Below are positions 42,362 to 57,239 of a DNA stretch of 64,000 bases, piece after piece (the stretch's first letter is position 1; every line of letters starts with the position of its first letter). Source of the stretch: Eledone cirrhosa (lineage: Eukaryota); contig OZ024743.1 of assembly GCA_964016885.1 (NCBI GenBank), forward strand, positions 97,526,001 to 97,590,000, given 5' to 3'. Both the position numbers and the translations under genes were made by a program. The notes beneath the pieces were generated by a model. It saw only the letters and a program-made list of their open reading frames with translations. It did not search any database and was not told the origin of the DNA.

Positions 42362-42552
42362 ATAATTGTTTCTACTTTTGGCACAAGGCCAACAATTAGC
42401 CAGTGTATTACTGGTACTTTATTTTATCGACCCCATAAGGATGAAAGGCAAAGTTAACCTCGGCGGGATTTGAACTCAGAATGGAAAGGGCCGTAACTCT
42501 TTGCGTCAAAGCATGGCGTTCGACCCTGTACCGATACTGCCAATCCACCGCT
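42362..42552 (-). mobile_element. Octopus-type SINE, full length
   Basis: Reverse complement of the 34416 and 57052 type, flanked by TAA-rich repeats. Confidence 0.9.
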
Positions 42553-45500
42553 ATTTTAATAATAATAATAATAATAATAATAATATATAAAGTGAGTTCT
42601 CAATCAGAATAAGAAATATTGTTAATATATATTTATAAACGCAACAGGTATTAGGAAATGTAGGGTTTTCGATTTCTAACAATATATAAGGTCTCTGAAA
42701 CTATTATATATACTACTTACTATAGCATCCATTATATTTCATGAAATATCGTTCTACGTTTGTACAAACACTCTCGCTTAAGCAATCAGCATTCATTATA
42801 TACGACTGAATTCATTCGAAACTCCTATCGTTCTTTAAATGCCGTATCGCACGCAGCAGTGATAATACATCGACTGAATGTACCTATTGATGAAATAGTT
42901 TGCTTTTCTATATCATATAGCTTGCTTTCACAACCATCTCCAACGTTTCATGAAATCACATTAATGCAACAATCAAGAAACTTCTTTCAGATGGATTCAG
43001 ATGTTCTTCATTGTCGATAAGTAAGTCATTTGAAACTGTTTTCCGCCGATAAAATTTTCCTGGGATTTTATCGTATGAAACGTATCTACTGTACGCTTTT
43101 CCCTGCTATATAATAGCCGCTATTTAACGTATTTATATTACCAGTTCCCCAATGGCAGTAAGCAAATAAAGATACGAACGAATATATAACTTAAGCAGCC
43201 TCTGGTAATGTAAGTTTAGATTATATTTGTAATCTTAAATTCAAAGGTAACATTTAACTCTTTGAAAGATATTTCGGTTAACAAATTCTTCATATTTCAC
43301 TAGATTTTCTGTTTTTCTTAAATTAAAGGTTGTCACTCTCGTTTTGGAAACTTTAAAAATCGTTCCTCATTCATATTTTTATTCAACGAAGTATCAGGAA
43401 TTAAAACTCAAATATGTTCTGTTCAGAGTATTTGATCCTAGTGTAAATCGATGAAACCCAAAAGCCTCGACTACCATTATATACTTTAGATATTAAAAGG
43501 AAAGACAATCAGTTTACTAAATATCTTAATGATGCTTTTTCAAGACCTGTTTTAAAGGTTTTCTGTATTAATCTTTCCATATAAGTTGTTGTTTAATTCT
43601 TACTTATATATCGTCGTTATTTCATCCCTTCTCATTTTATAAAGCCATACATAAATATCACCAGCAGGCGTAAATGATTATATGTGTGAGATTGCAAACA
43701 AAATTATATCTGTGAGTGCATGCACAATTACAATGTTGTTATGCATGAATTTACATTGAAACTATTTGTTACTATATTTAATTACATTGCTCTAAATTAT
43801 ATATTTCATGTTATGTATTATGTTATGCTATATTTATATATATATAAATATATATATACATGAATATATATATTCATTATTTACTTTTTCTGTAAAATGA
43901 ATACAATTTTTACAATAAAATTTATTAAACCTTTACTTTTGTTTCGTTTAAGATTTATTTATTCATTGTTTCTGTAAATGACATCATTTTAAAACTTAAT
44001 ATGATAACTATAAATTGGCAATTTATATCTGGATTTATATATGCTTGAATATATTTTAACATAAACAAATTGTTTCTGAAATCAAAGAAATCATTTGTCC
44101 CAGATGTATATATACATTAAAAGTAATAGATGTAAGTGACTATCAAATTAATATGTAAAGAGATAAAGCGTCAAAGAATTAAGCTTTTCATATCACTGTT
44201 TAGACATGTGAGAAAAAAAAGAATTATCAGACGCTATAATTAGTTGTATGTAGTTATTACCTACTTGAAGACCAAATGCTGATTCTAAAGTGAATATCTT
44301 ATTATCATCAACATTATTAATTTAGCTTGTGAGCTACCTCTAACATTGAGCACTATTAACTGTGACTATCCATCAAAACATATATAATTTGTTAATTTCC
44401 ATGTTAACTTTAATACTCAAATTTGGAAATAATTTATTCAGGTCTTGGAATTCTCTGAAATTCAAATTACTCTTCATGGTACTATACTTACCATTAACAG
44501 AAGTTCACTATGAGTAAGTAGAATAAGTGAGATCAACTAAATAGCACATTTGGCATTGAATATTCCTGGAACATGCGTTCATGTTAGTAACTTGTCATGT
44601 TTAATATAGGGTTATGTATTTGGGTAGCTGTTCTGTTGGCATAATCTTATACTTCCTGCTTACATACACAATTCTGAGATCCACCACTGATGATCACAGT
44701 GTTGGAGGATATCAGGCAGTATATCTATGTTATCGGCTGTTTGTTTTACATAGGCTGAATGAGTAATGGAGATATTCCTTTTATGGTGTAGAACAAATTT
44801 TAAGTTTCTTAGTGATGAATTAATGAAGTAACAGCAGCCAAGAGCTGTCAGTCTGGGACATGTTTATGATGTTTCCATTGATGTTATTGTAACAACAGAA
44901 TAGATCATCTACTAAAAAGAGTGTCACCAAATTAAACTTAATTTTCACCTGCACATTTGAGTTTCGTAAATTTCCTTCGTCCAATTTTAAGGCGAGAGGA
45001 TCTGTTTTCTCTCTACACGGAGATAACTCTCTTACAAGATCATTTAAATGTTATTGTGTATATATACCATTGTCTCTTGTTTTTAAATCAAGCATACATC
45101 TAAAATCATTAACGCGCTATGCGTTCACCTCATAACAAGTGGGTCTCTTGAAAAAATAATAAACATTTCATTAAGTGCAAAATCTTTGTCTTAATGGCTA
45201 ATATCACAACTAAAATTCATCTGCTACATTTCTATGATTACATGTAGCAGTTAGCGGTTTTGATAAAAGAAACACAACGCTGGCAGAGAAGGTCCACAGG
45301 ACTTTTACATTCACAAGGCATATAGATTAAAGAGGAGCAATCTGACCAAATTCTCTAAAAGCATACAATATTTCAAATATAGTTATCAATATAGTAATTT
45401 GTCTCATTTGAATGATATACGTGCTAATAAAAAAAACTCAACAGAATTTTGAAATCAATATCAATATCATTTCAGATAGAAATATATTGTTTACTCGTGT

Positions 45501-45593
45501 TTATCCTTACAAATGTTCGTCTTATGCAGTTTTATTTGCATAACAGTGTTAATCCTTAACAAATAAAAAATAATAATACATGTTTTTGTTCTG

Positions 45594-45673
<80 letters not shown>

Positions 45674-46814
45674 AAATGCGCTAGGGGGATATTTCCTGTA
45701 AGTTTATTTCAAATCTGACAGCACCATAAGGTATTAATTTACAGTTATAGTCTGAAAACATATATCATTCTAAAATTGAACAAAAATAAAGGAAATAATC
45801 GATGTTTAAATAAACATCAATTGTGTATTTATTTAAAGCTAATTGACTTTCGCTACACATACTTACTGAGTGAATGCGTGATACTTGGTGAAATTGCCTT
45901 TAATATATCCATTCGCTGTAGATATTTTACAAAATTGATAGTTATTTGAACACTTCCTTATATTATATTGTCACAAAATAAAACAAAATGAAAATTAATT
46001 ACAGAAAACAAAGGGAATTGATTACAAGATGGCCTATTTCGTCATGCATCTATACAGAAGGAATACACAATGTGAGATGCAAACAGTTCTGCCAAAACGT
46101 CAATGCATTCGTAAAAATGAAATAAATTTTCCATTAAACAAACGTATATGTGATAAGTCTTTATAATTGGGTAATTTTCTGCAACAACATTTAATTATCC
46201 TATTGGGCCTTCGAGAGCAAATACAACTTCAATTTGAAGTGGGGGGAGGTAAATGTATATGCTGCAACATTTTGAACAATTGATACCATAGTTTCAATTT
46301 TTGAAATAGACTTAAACGAAGGACAATATTAGCCACCATAGAAATATATTGTAAGTGGTGTGGCTAAACATTTACCAAGCAGAATCTATTAAGATATATC
46401 GGTTTTTAGTTGAACAGCATTTCGGTATTTTGAGACCACAAAATACTCGATGATTTTCTTCAACTTCGAACTTAGAAAAATCCCAATCTTAATTTTAATC
46501 CAACCCCAAGTGTAAATCTGAAATCTGAAGACAATTCTCGGGAACGAGGCAAAACCACACACTAAACGCCTGTTGGAATTGCGGTATCTTCATTTATGTT
46601 TGTGCTTCCCGTAAATAATATTCCTACTCCGCATGTATGATAATTGTTTTACAAATTAATTGCACAGAAAGAAGTGTTGCCGAAATACGTGACCTATATT
46701 AAAACAACATAAAATATTCATATGATGTATGAAAAGCTCTTGAACGAAGATATCTTCTCTAAATTAGTGAAATATACAAAAATTTTAGTTGTAGGTTGAT
46801 TTGTAAACTCAGTT

Positions 46815-47155
46815 TTACCGAGTGGCTAAGAGGTTCGCTTCGCAAACCGTAGATCGCAGGTTCTATTCCACTGCGTGATATATTGATCAAATATCATTTA
46901 ACATATTTTCATCTAAAACCAAGCCTTGCGAATGAAATTGGGCATAAAGAAACTGTTTGGAAGCCGGTTGGATGGACTAGACGTGTAATCCAAAGGGTCA
47001 GGATTCTCACACACTGTTTCACGTTGAATATCCCAAAGAATAACGTAATAGGTCCATGGTCCGTGTAATGCCCCGCCACTTACACGTTGACGCCATGCGC
47101 AGGCTGTTCCATTGAGCAGACAACTGGAATATTCTTAGTCGAAACTGACGGAGTT
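46815..47155 (+). mobile_element. Diverged tRNA-derived SINE (third family)
   Basis: gagtggctaagagg (A box) and ggttctattcc (B box), then ccaagccttgcgaatgaaattggg..gaaactg. Confidence 0.55.
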
Positions 47156-49129
47156 CTATAGCTTGATTGATCAATCTAAGATTCCTTGCTTCTACGTGAA
47201 AATCAGAAAGTTTAAATGGCCATTATTACAAAATATAATGGAACATTGTTTCTTTAAAAGTTTACAATTTTATTTAAATAAAAGTTTGACCGAGCTCAGG
47301 TCTTTCAACATATCTAACTAGAAACGTTAAATCAGAAAGAAATAATTCTACTAGACGAGTGTATGGAGTTGAACCAATTCATAATCTTGTCGACAAGATG
47401 TCTCTAATATTTAAATGAACTTACGCATGAAATAATCCTGCTATATCCAAGATGTATCTCATCATTCTTCAAATATTGGTTCGTTACATAGTGAAAATGT
47501 CTCAGCTGTATAAGTAATGAAGTATTTGATTAATGTGACGTAAATGCTTTTTCTAACGATACTAACAATATACGGAAATGGAATGGTTTCAATCGGGAAT
47601 CGATATTGAAGTAATGGACTTAGTTTGGAAGAAGATGAGGTACGCAGAAATTTCAGTTCTACTTTATGGAGATTGAAATAAAGAATTTTTAAAGGTTTGA
47701 TAGTTAGTTGTAAAATAAAATATGTGAATAATCATAATATATTTCGATTATTCTGTATAAAAGTATTTATACGATTAATATGAAATACATATTCTCACAG
47801 AAAAAATTAAAGGGACTTTAAAGAATAATGAAAAAATTGCTAATATTGATTACAATATTACTTTTTTAACAATTGTTTTGAAAACGAAAACATTATTGTG
47901 ACAAGACTTGTGAACATAAATACAAACGCGTTCTAATGCGGGCCTTAAATGGTTTCTGAGATTCAATTAGACGTATATTAAACGATGTTTGATTCCTTCA
48001 TGATGGGCACACATTCTATTACCATAAATGATGCAATTTAATATTCATGATAATTAAGTCATTTCTCTATAAAAAATACAAAAATAAAACAATCTGAATA
48101 TAAGGGAATTCAAGTAGATGTTAACTTTCTCCAAACTTGCTACTCTTTCCGTGATAAACGTTACACTATTAGAGCTGTCTTATTTCAATTAAGTTTGGCA
48201 ACATAAAATTTCATATTCTTAGATTAATATAAATATTTAGGTTAAAATATGCTTGCATTGGGGGTTAACATGTGTGGTAATTTAAATGCTCTGTGTTTCT
48301 ATGTTATACGACCTGAAAATATACATTGATAAATGTACTGACTACAACAGTGTCAGAATGTTTGGGGGAATGGCGGGTACGTGGCGAGGTACAAAAAGGA
48401 TGAAAACTTTCCTGATTAGGCATTTTAATTAGGGTTTACACAACAAATGTACTTAATGTTTTATTATATTTTGAAAATAATTCTTCGTTATTATTTTCAA
48501 CGTGAAAAAAAATAATCTGCTTAATTCGGAGGATAGATGATTAATTCCAACACGCATTAAGAATAAATATTAGACGGTGAAAATCTATAAGAAAAATACA
48601 AAACCAAGATAAATGTAATTCCGTGATAGATAACATTTTAATGATAGAAAAATACATGACAAAACATTAGAAATGAGAATTTTTCCCTTTTCTTTCTATA
48701 TTTATAGAGATTTTCGGATTTTCGGAAACCTCAGCATTCTCCATTTTTAATATCTCTGTCGTTTACATACTTGGTCTTTATTTAGCACCATATTTAGACA
48801 CACACAGAGACACACACACACACACACACACACATACACATGTACACATACACGCACGCACACACACACACACACGCATATATATATATATATACGCGCA
48901 TATGCATACGTATACATTTATAATTATATATATATATATATATGCTTACACACACTATTATATTTATGTGATTGCGTGGGGAATCCTTTACATGCATGCA
49001 AACATACATACCTACATAAATACATACATACATACATACATACATACATACATACATACATACATACATACATACATACATACATACATACATACATACA
49101 TACATACGAATGCTGAACAGATTATTTGC

Positions 49130-49450
49130 CAGAGATCCAAAAACGGTTTATCTTCGGTGTGAAATGGTCAATCTCTGTAAAAGGAATCCCTACAGAAGAG
49201 CAGGCTGAATGCTACTGGAGATCTAACGAGGAAGCAAACGACGCGTTTTAACATGGGTTATATCAATAAAATAATTAGAAGGTGACTACTGATAGCATAT
49301 TAAACAAAAGGAATATAAAATAGATTGTACAAGACTGGAAATTGTTATATAGGAAGTGGTCGAACGAAATCTTCAGGCCCAGATTTCATAACGAGTTACT
49401 GGCTGATGTATCTCACTTTTTATAGATATGATCTGACACCAGTAACTGCT
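49130..49450 (+). pseudogene. Ancient R4/Dong-like remnant (region before the RT)
   Basis: 'PTEEQAECYWRS' and 'KSSGPDFITSYWLMYLT' parallel 'PKEEVQEFWEM' and 'KSPEKDKIQKFWINAFT' in the 38-kb copy. Confidence 0.5.
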
Positions 49451-49962
49451 ATTGAATGCCTGACCCAGAGGCGGTGCACTTTGCACTTAAAGGTGATAAG
49501 AAGCAATTCGGGACTGATACCATACACTACCAAAAATGCATCTTGTTGTGCGATAGATTGTCGGTGTTACTCTTCGCCTCTCATCAAATCCATTATCATA
49601 CCTTCTCACAAAATGTAGTGATCATAGAGATCAATCCAGAAGTAATCCCCACCTTTACTTTGTCGACGACCTAAAGTTTTATGGGCCAAATATCAACTAG
49701 ATCAAAAAGCAATTGGAACAAAATGTGAGTGAACTTGGATATGTGGAAACCGAATGCAGTTCCTTAATTCATAACTACAAATGGTTACCATACCTTAAAA
49801 TTTAAAAATATGTAACATATGTTTACAGTTCAAAGGATGAACTATTACAAACGAAACGATGAACATTTTCTTTTCTTTAAAACCTTGCAACTGGCAATTT
49901 GTCCACTCAAACATAAACTCAAAATTAAGAGAAAGAGATAACATGCATGCATACATACATAC

Positions 49963-50567
49963 ATGGTGACTGCCAACTTGTTTTCGAGTACAGCCACTAC
50001 TTTATATCCATGTAGGAAAACCCCTACCGATGCGCTGAACGAGTGTGACTTTTTAGTCCAGCCAGCGACTTGAAAACTCTGGTACAAACACTACACTTGT
50101 GACAATTATTGACACATAGTGCTGGGCCCATGGTACCATGTGACGACAAGTGCAGAGAGATCTCCAGATATAAAGCAATGCTTGTGCCGTGAAGCTTTTA
50201 TAGTGAGCAAAGGCACTGCACAAAGCGAGTCCCACTCTTTTAACCAAGATGATATTTACCAAAAAGAAGAACAAGTCAACATCATTGGATACCATCAGGG
50301 TTGCAGGTGTTATATCAGAGTTTTCCTTCTCATAGATTTCTGCCTTGACAAATGCTAAGGGGTCATCTCTCCCGGTGATTTTGGAAGGCCATTGACTCTT
50401 AAGAGCTCCTTTGCTCTTTGACAGGTTTTGTTTTTAGTCCTGCAGGATGTCCAAAGTCACCCTCCTCACCAAGAAACCTTGATGGGGTTGCCAGTTTAGT
50501 CGCCAACGACCCGACCATGAGACAGGTTGTACTGGGATACATGTTACCAGTAGCACCAACTGGTGAC
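49963..50567 (-). mobile_element. Non-autonomous RTE-derived element, copy 2
   Basis: Same as 22732-23341, with (CATA)n on both sides. Confidence 0.75.
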
Positions 50568-50608
50568 ATACATACATACATACATACATACATACATACA
50601 TACATACA

Positions 50609-50641
<33 letters not shown>

Positions 50642-51110
50642 GCATACACACATCTTCGAGGCAAGCAGCCGCATATGTGGTGAAGAATATTCATAATACT
50701 TGAGATGAATTCTATCTCCAACACTAATGCCACAAATACTAGCCTTGGTAATTAACTGAATCATATTCATTGACGTCACCTTTTATTTTAAAAAAATAAA
50801 TTTAATCTAAAAGGTTAACTCAACCTACAGGGACTTCCTATAAGCAGCATGGCTGGACACAATATCCTCATCTACAACACTAGTGAGGAATCGAGGAAAA
50901 AAAACTAGAAAATATAAACAGAATCATTTTAGTTGTTGTTACAGAATAAACCGAAACTATAAATTGCAGTTTTCATGGCGTTACAAGCTCAATAACGATC
51001 AATTTCATTGTTATAGAATTGCAAACATGTATGAATAGTATGAAGCTACATCCAGAGTTAAATTATTTCCCAGCCAGCCATAAGCAACGTTTGCCGAACA
51101 TAGACATAAT

Positions 51111-51255
51111 ATAAACATTACTAAAAACAATAATTGTTTCTACTTTTGGCACAAAGCCAGCAATCTCAGTGCATTACTGGTACTTTGATGCACTGGGATA
51201 ATGTCTGGCCTTGTGCCAAAAAGTAGAAACAATTATTATTTTTAATAATGTTTAT
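51111..51255. repeat. Palindrome made of two opposed SINE 3' tails plus shared flank
   Basis: ataaacatta..aataattgtttctacttttggcacaa..cagtgcat / atgcactg..ttgtgccaaaaagtagaaacaattatt..taatgtttat. Confidence 0.85.
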
Positions 51256-52269
51256 GTTTGAAAGTGCGAAACCACTACAAATAACGTCACAAATTGAGCA
51301 TTTTCCTAGTTAAGACATGCAATCAATACGTGTTTTGTTTTCCTGTAGCCATTAACAAAAAGCAACAGCAATGCACAAACAGTATCTTTCCATAGTCCTG
51401 CCGGCGACAATTTTGGTACTACGTGTAACAAGTAACTTTAACTCGACAGCTATATCCATTAAGAACAAAATACCGTCAATGAAAATAATTCTACCTGGCA
51501 AGTGAAGAGGAGTACAACCAGCTAAAATATATCCTTAGTGTAACTTTCGAAAAAGAGATTAATTTATGTATATATCCTACTCCCAAAAGGAGACATAAAA
51601 CGACAATAATAAGCAGAAACTGGATAAAGAATTTCTGCTTTCTACCAACGAAATCAGGGGTGAATATTAACAATAAATTAGGTTGCATTTTGACAAATTA
51701 ACGTTTGTTTATATGCTCTAGTGCCGACTGTACAACATTGTCTTTGTGATATTTGAGATGTTAACAGAAGGAAAACAACACAAAAATATCATTAAATGTT
51801 TTAAAAATAGAGAAAAAAAATATCGCTGACATAGGGAAAACTATCGTTCATGTGACACTGCTTATCTCATATAAACAAAACCAAAAAATCTATGCTCCTC
51901 CCCAACAAAGAGTGAAGGATAAAATAGAAATGATGTTTGGAAACAGTACATTCAGAACTCTTCAATATAATTTTATCACCTCAAAATAAAACTTGAGAAT
52001 TGTCAGCAAGAAATCTCGATATAAGAATAGGATGAAACTATAAGGATATAAAGGCAAATTAATATATGTTACTGCAGACCCGTCCCGAAACGACTGGTAC
52101 TTTTTGGAGAAAAATATATGGCGAGGATAAAAAATCCAACTAATAGGCAGTTTCATTGAAAAAGACCCGAACGAACAACTGCCATTGCATTACATCACAT
52201 ACAGACAGTATTAACGATGATAACTTTCAGACTGTGCTAGGAAAACCTCTACCACATGCTCTCATATAA

Positions 52270-52960
52270 CTACTGGTTGACATTAGCAGAGACATGATTG
52301 GTCCCCCAAAACCAAAGAAACCCTTGACACAATTCTAGCGATCCATTGTATGCCAGAACCTAATGTATATAATATATACAATCAGTGTGAGCCTATTCCA
52401 CCAGGGTTACAGTGACAACAATAATGTCACAGATGAGTAATCAGTTGGGAGTAAAGAAGTGGGGGAGTGTATTGAGCAACTCATAATTAACGAAATAGCG
52501 ATGTCAGAGGTACGGCGACATAAGAAGAATTTGGTTATAGTCTGGCTGGATTGCATGAAGGTAGATGATATTGTACCTTAATCACAGCTCTAAAGATCAT
52601 ATCTTCCTTCGACGTCACTGTCTTGAAATTGAACACAGAGAAGGAAAGCTATGTTGTCGCTGATATAATCGAGTATGGTAGAGGTATACTTCAAGGTGAC
52701 AGTCTCCCTGTGATACACTATATACCGTCAGTAGCCCTTCACATTTATACAGAGGAACTAATATGGATTCGCAATTGTTTCATAGGAACTCAGAAACACT
52801 AACCTAACACAGCCTCTTCATTGATTACCTGAAACTGTATGCCAATAATATAACTGATATAAAGCAAAACCTCAACATGGTTATGACATTCTCGAAAAAT
52901 ACAGGGATGAGGTTTGGCCAAGATAAATGTTCCTATATGATTGTAAAGCGAGGAAATATT
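52270..52960 (+). pseudogene. Ancient R4/Dong-like RT remnant
   Basis: 'KKNLVIVWLDCMK..D.VP', 'RGILQGDSL', 'LFIDYLKLYA', 'GMRFGQDKCSYMIVKRG'. Confidence 0.8.
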
Positions 52961-53162
52961 ACAAACCAATCTAGCATCATCACTATCATTGGGCTATCGA
53001 TTTCACCGTTATCAAAAGGAGACTGCTACAATACTTAGTAATAAATGTAACTATAGCCTCTGATGTAATTTCTAACAAGGAACAAGTAACACACACACAC
53101 ACAAACACACACACACAGACACACACACACACACTCACACATATGTATATGTATATATATAT

Positions 53163-53341
53163 AACAAAGGAATTGTGGTAAGGAACCAGATGGACCATAA
53201 CGCACCAGAGTACTCAATACTTAGGGTAGTAGAGTGGGAAATAGGAAAAAGTATGACCCCGATGGCAGAGCTGAAGCCGTTTCGACGTCCAGAAATAGCC
53301 GTTGAAACGGCTTGAGCTCTGCCGTCGGGGTCAAACTTTTT

Positions 53342-53346
<5 letters not shown>
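53163..53346 (-). mobile_element. Hairpin-plus-tail element, copy 3
   Basis: Same family as the 15.8 and 20.2 kb copies, in (TA)n. Confidence 0.9.
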
Positions 53347-53379
<33 letters not shown>

Positions 53380-53619
53380 TGTATGTATGGTCCTGTAACT
53401 CCTGAAGGATTCACACGGCCTTTCCAGTGTATTTTGTAAGCCTGGTGGAGCTAATGTCCGCTCCAGGTCTTAATACGACGGATTTCTTTCAGAGAAGGAT
53501 AGAAGGCGAACGAGTGAAAGTAGGAAAGAGATATAGAGGAAGAATCGAACCCAGTACTGGACTGATCATTTTTATTGACCTTGAATGGATAAAAAGCAAT
53601 GGAGACCTCGATATATATA

Positions 53620-53826
53620 TCAATAATATTAATAAATGGAAACTATCTTTATAAAACCATATTTATTTTATTATATATATTTCAAGGATACCAAATCTTT
53701 GGTACGCTCTCATCAGATAAAATACAAAAGCTGGTTTACAGATAGTGACATATTCAGACAAAAACTTAATGTTGTGAGTTCTATTTGAATAGTGAAGGAA
53801 AACTTCAAATCACAAGATGAATATGC
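53620..53826 (-). mobile_element. Hammerhead-bearing element in (TA)n, related to the 58.4-kb element
   Basis: Shares atattaataaatggaaactat.tttataaaaccatatttattttattata with 58441-58490. Confidence 0.8.
53664..53724 (-). ncRNA. Minimal type I hammerhead ribozyme
   Basis: Minus strand: tattttat-CTGATGA-gagcgtaccaaagatttggtatcctt-GAAA-tatata-TA-ataaaata, with an 8-bp stem I. Confidence 0.85.
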
Positions 53827-53840
53827 TATATATATATATA

Positions 53841-53926
<86 letters not shown>

Positions 53927-56900
53927 CCAAATCGGTGTGGTATCGAACAAATTCATTGCGGAATTTGAATGTGAAATGTGCTTTTCGTACTTCCTGGTAT
54001 CAGTGAATACCGGTGCAAGACTGAGACCAATTAAATGGCATAAACGTTGTTCAAATGTGTTGTTTCGCTTTTATTCTAAAAAACATTAATATGTGATGAA
54101 AGAGAAAAAGAGCAAGAGAGAGAATTAAAGAGGAATAAAGAGAGAGTCGGGGACAGAGAAAGAAGGAAGCTGAGAGTATACCGTCTGCCAGCATATGAAA
54201 TAATTATTATACACATAGACAGCAATAAAATATTTTAGAACACATAGCTGGTTTTATAAAGGGAAAGCAGCTCTCAATAATTTTCATGGCTCTGTATTAC
54301 TCAAGAACCTAGATAAGAGATAGGGCGACAACAATCTTTCTTTTCTTTGTGAACAACCAATAATATTAGTAACGTGTCACTATTCAAGTAAACACTAAAA
54401 TCTCTTTTATTATGATATTGAAACATTTACTGATATAAATTGCCAAATTTCTATTAATCTTTTGAATGCAGAAGTGTTGATGTTGCCCATAATGATACCT
54501 TATGAAGAATGAATAAGGATACAGACATTGCTTTGTATTATTCCGTTAGTCGTGAAACATGTTTCGGGTGTTGACTCCTTGATGACTGTTATCTTAATTA
54601 GATAGCCAATTAAATGTTAATCTCCAACTAGAGCTAATCGTGCGCTTTATCATAAAAAGATCGACAACACTTAAGCTACACATTGGGATTGATTGTGATA
54701 CAATCACAAACTGTTTTGTTTTTTTTGTATATTTGTGCAACAGTCATCAATCATATATTTTACATATATTTTACATCTATGTTTTATTTTATAATCTAAC
54801 GCAGAATTTTGAATCCTTCATGTAATTAGCTATTTTCAATCTTTACATGTAAAGATCTGTCGCATTTTCTGTACAAGAAACCCATATATCAATTTTGATG
54901 TTTAAAGCAACTCTTTACGTAAAATGACATAAACTAAATTGAAAATAATTAAAAAGCAAGGTAGAAGATCATTAGATATAACATAGGAAACAATGTTTCA
55001 ATTCGTCCTTCAATTGTTGATACCCTTTTCTTGGCAGCAGGAAATGGAATTCAGAATACAGAGTTGCACAAGATGCCACAAAGAATCCCGTCAAAAATAG
55101 TCCCCATGCACCAAGCCCAACAAATGAAACAGCAACATTTACCTTGGTAGGATTTGAATTCAGAACAAATCGACCGCTGCACACTCTCTGCCTCTTTGGC
55201 ACCTTTTTCCCTTCAAAGTCATTAATTAATGAACTAATCTAAGTGCAGATTAAACAGGATCTTATGTGATGATCGAAACATCTTCAAAATAGATTATATC
55301 TTACGAGTAATAGATTACATCTTAATTTAAAATTTCTCGTTGATGATATCATATCATTTGAGATTATTGAAAAAGATCCAGTTAATTATTTCGAAGCTGT
55401 TTATATCAGTTTGTTTCATGCAGTTCTTAAATTATCAGCTACTTCCACCTAGTAGAATATTTGCTGTAATATCCATTGCATATGAATACATTTTTAGAAT
55501 GAAAAATATTAATTATCTGGTCGCCTTCATATAGTATGTTATTATACCTTAAACATGTTTATTGAAGATATAATGGTATAATTTGGAATATTGGAGGCAA
55601 CATTTTATGATATGAATTAATGATTAATATCTTTACGATGTGTACTACTATGTTACAGTTTTATATAAATTTAAAAATTACAAAAAATACTTAATACATT
55701 TGTAGGGATGGAAACAAACAACATCAAGAATATTCACTTAATACACAAATTTCCTGTAGTGTTTGGAAACCCAGTCAGCCTAGTACACTCTAGAGCGGTC
55801 AGTCTAATAGAAGCTGAAATAGTCAGTATGAAGATTATGAGAAAGTCGTGTCATTATATTGAACTTACGAGAGCAAAATTTAGTTATATCTGAATTATGT
55901 CTAGGTGCTCCCATGAGCAAAATATGTAAAGAAAAATATTTATATACTTTTCTCATAGGATTAAAATATATAGGTAGACAACTGAGAAAAGTGAAGAGGA
56001 GACTTGGGAAAAGGTAAATTAACAAGAATAAATATTTACCCACTAATGAGAAACAGAAAATTGGAAATTCACATCCAGTTATTATCTGGTAGCAGTATAC
56101 ACTTCAAAATTTTCTAATGAAAGACAGGGTTTGTATATTTGTATATATGTTGTTTGTTCTCCATATACTATTGTCTCTGTGTGTCTGCTTTTATGTATAT
56201 CGTTGTTTAAGTATTTATTGTTGCATAAGGACATAAGAGGGTATGGTTAAGTTCAATGTTTAGCTAGGAACATCTATAAGCAAATCTAAGAACATAGAGT
56301 TACGAAAATAACGGTGGGCTCCAGTTTTGTCTACATGACGTGAATAGGTATGTGGATAGCTAGAAATAGCAACCAAAAACCATTTGACAATAAGAAGCTC
56401 GACCAAATTTAGGAGCATATTTATATTACTAAAATAAATAACGATGTTGTGTCTGAGAAATTACCAACACCCGCCATAAAGCCCGCAATGTGTGGTTTGG
56501 CCAGTTCTTATATTTCCTTAGATATGTATGTTCATATAAGTAGTTCTCTCACCGATGATTTCAGCTAAACATTGAACTTAACTATTCAAAAGATGAAACA
56601 TGGTGCTGTAGCTATTAAGAAATTAAGTATGACAGAGTAAAATATTTACTGTTCGTTATGTACCCTTTGATTTTTGTTAAACTGCCTGTACCGCCCGTTT
56701 ATGATTAATATGTTCTTACTTTTTTTGCAAATTATCTCCTCTGTATTGTTTGATATATTTCTATCTATGTTATTCGCTCTTGAATTTGTATTAAGAGCTC
56801 GTAATGTATCCCCGGAAAATCACTATAGAAAGAAAAAAGGCCATAGATTAGAAAACTCGTGATTTCTCTCTATTTGACCATAGTAAATAAATGATACAGA

Positions 56901-57051
56901 CTGTAGGTCTTTGATTCGATGAGATTATTCAATCTTCCATTAACCCACTAACCACTTTGGAAAACACATGAATGCCAAAGTTGTGTATCAACGTCCTGTA
57001 ACTTTGAGGCGTTTCTCCTTTGTCGGAGAAATGTCATTATTACGCAATACA

Positions 57052-57239
57052 CGGTGAATTGGCAGTATCGGTAGAGGGTTGGACGCCATGCTTTCTAGCA
57101 TAGTTACGTCCCTTTACGGTTTGAGTTCAAATCCTGCTGAGGTTAACTTTGCCTTTCATCCTTACGGGGTCGATAAAATAAAGTACCAGTAATGTATTGG
57201 GTTTTGCTGGCTTTGTGCCTAAAGTAGAAACAATTATTA
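57052..57239 (+). mobile_element. Octopus-type SINE, full length
   Basis: ggtgaattggcagtatcggtag...gagttcaaatcc...aaagtagaaacaatta. Confidence 0.9.
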
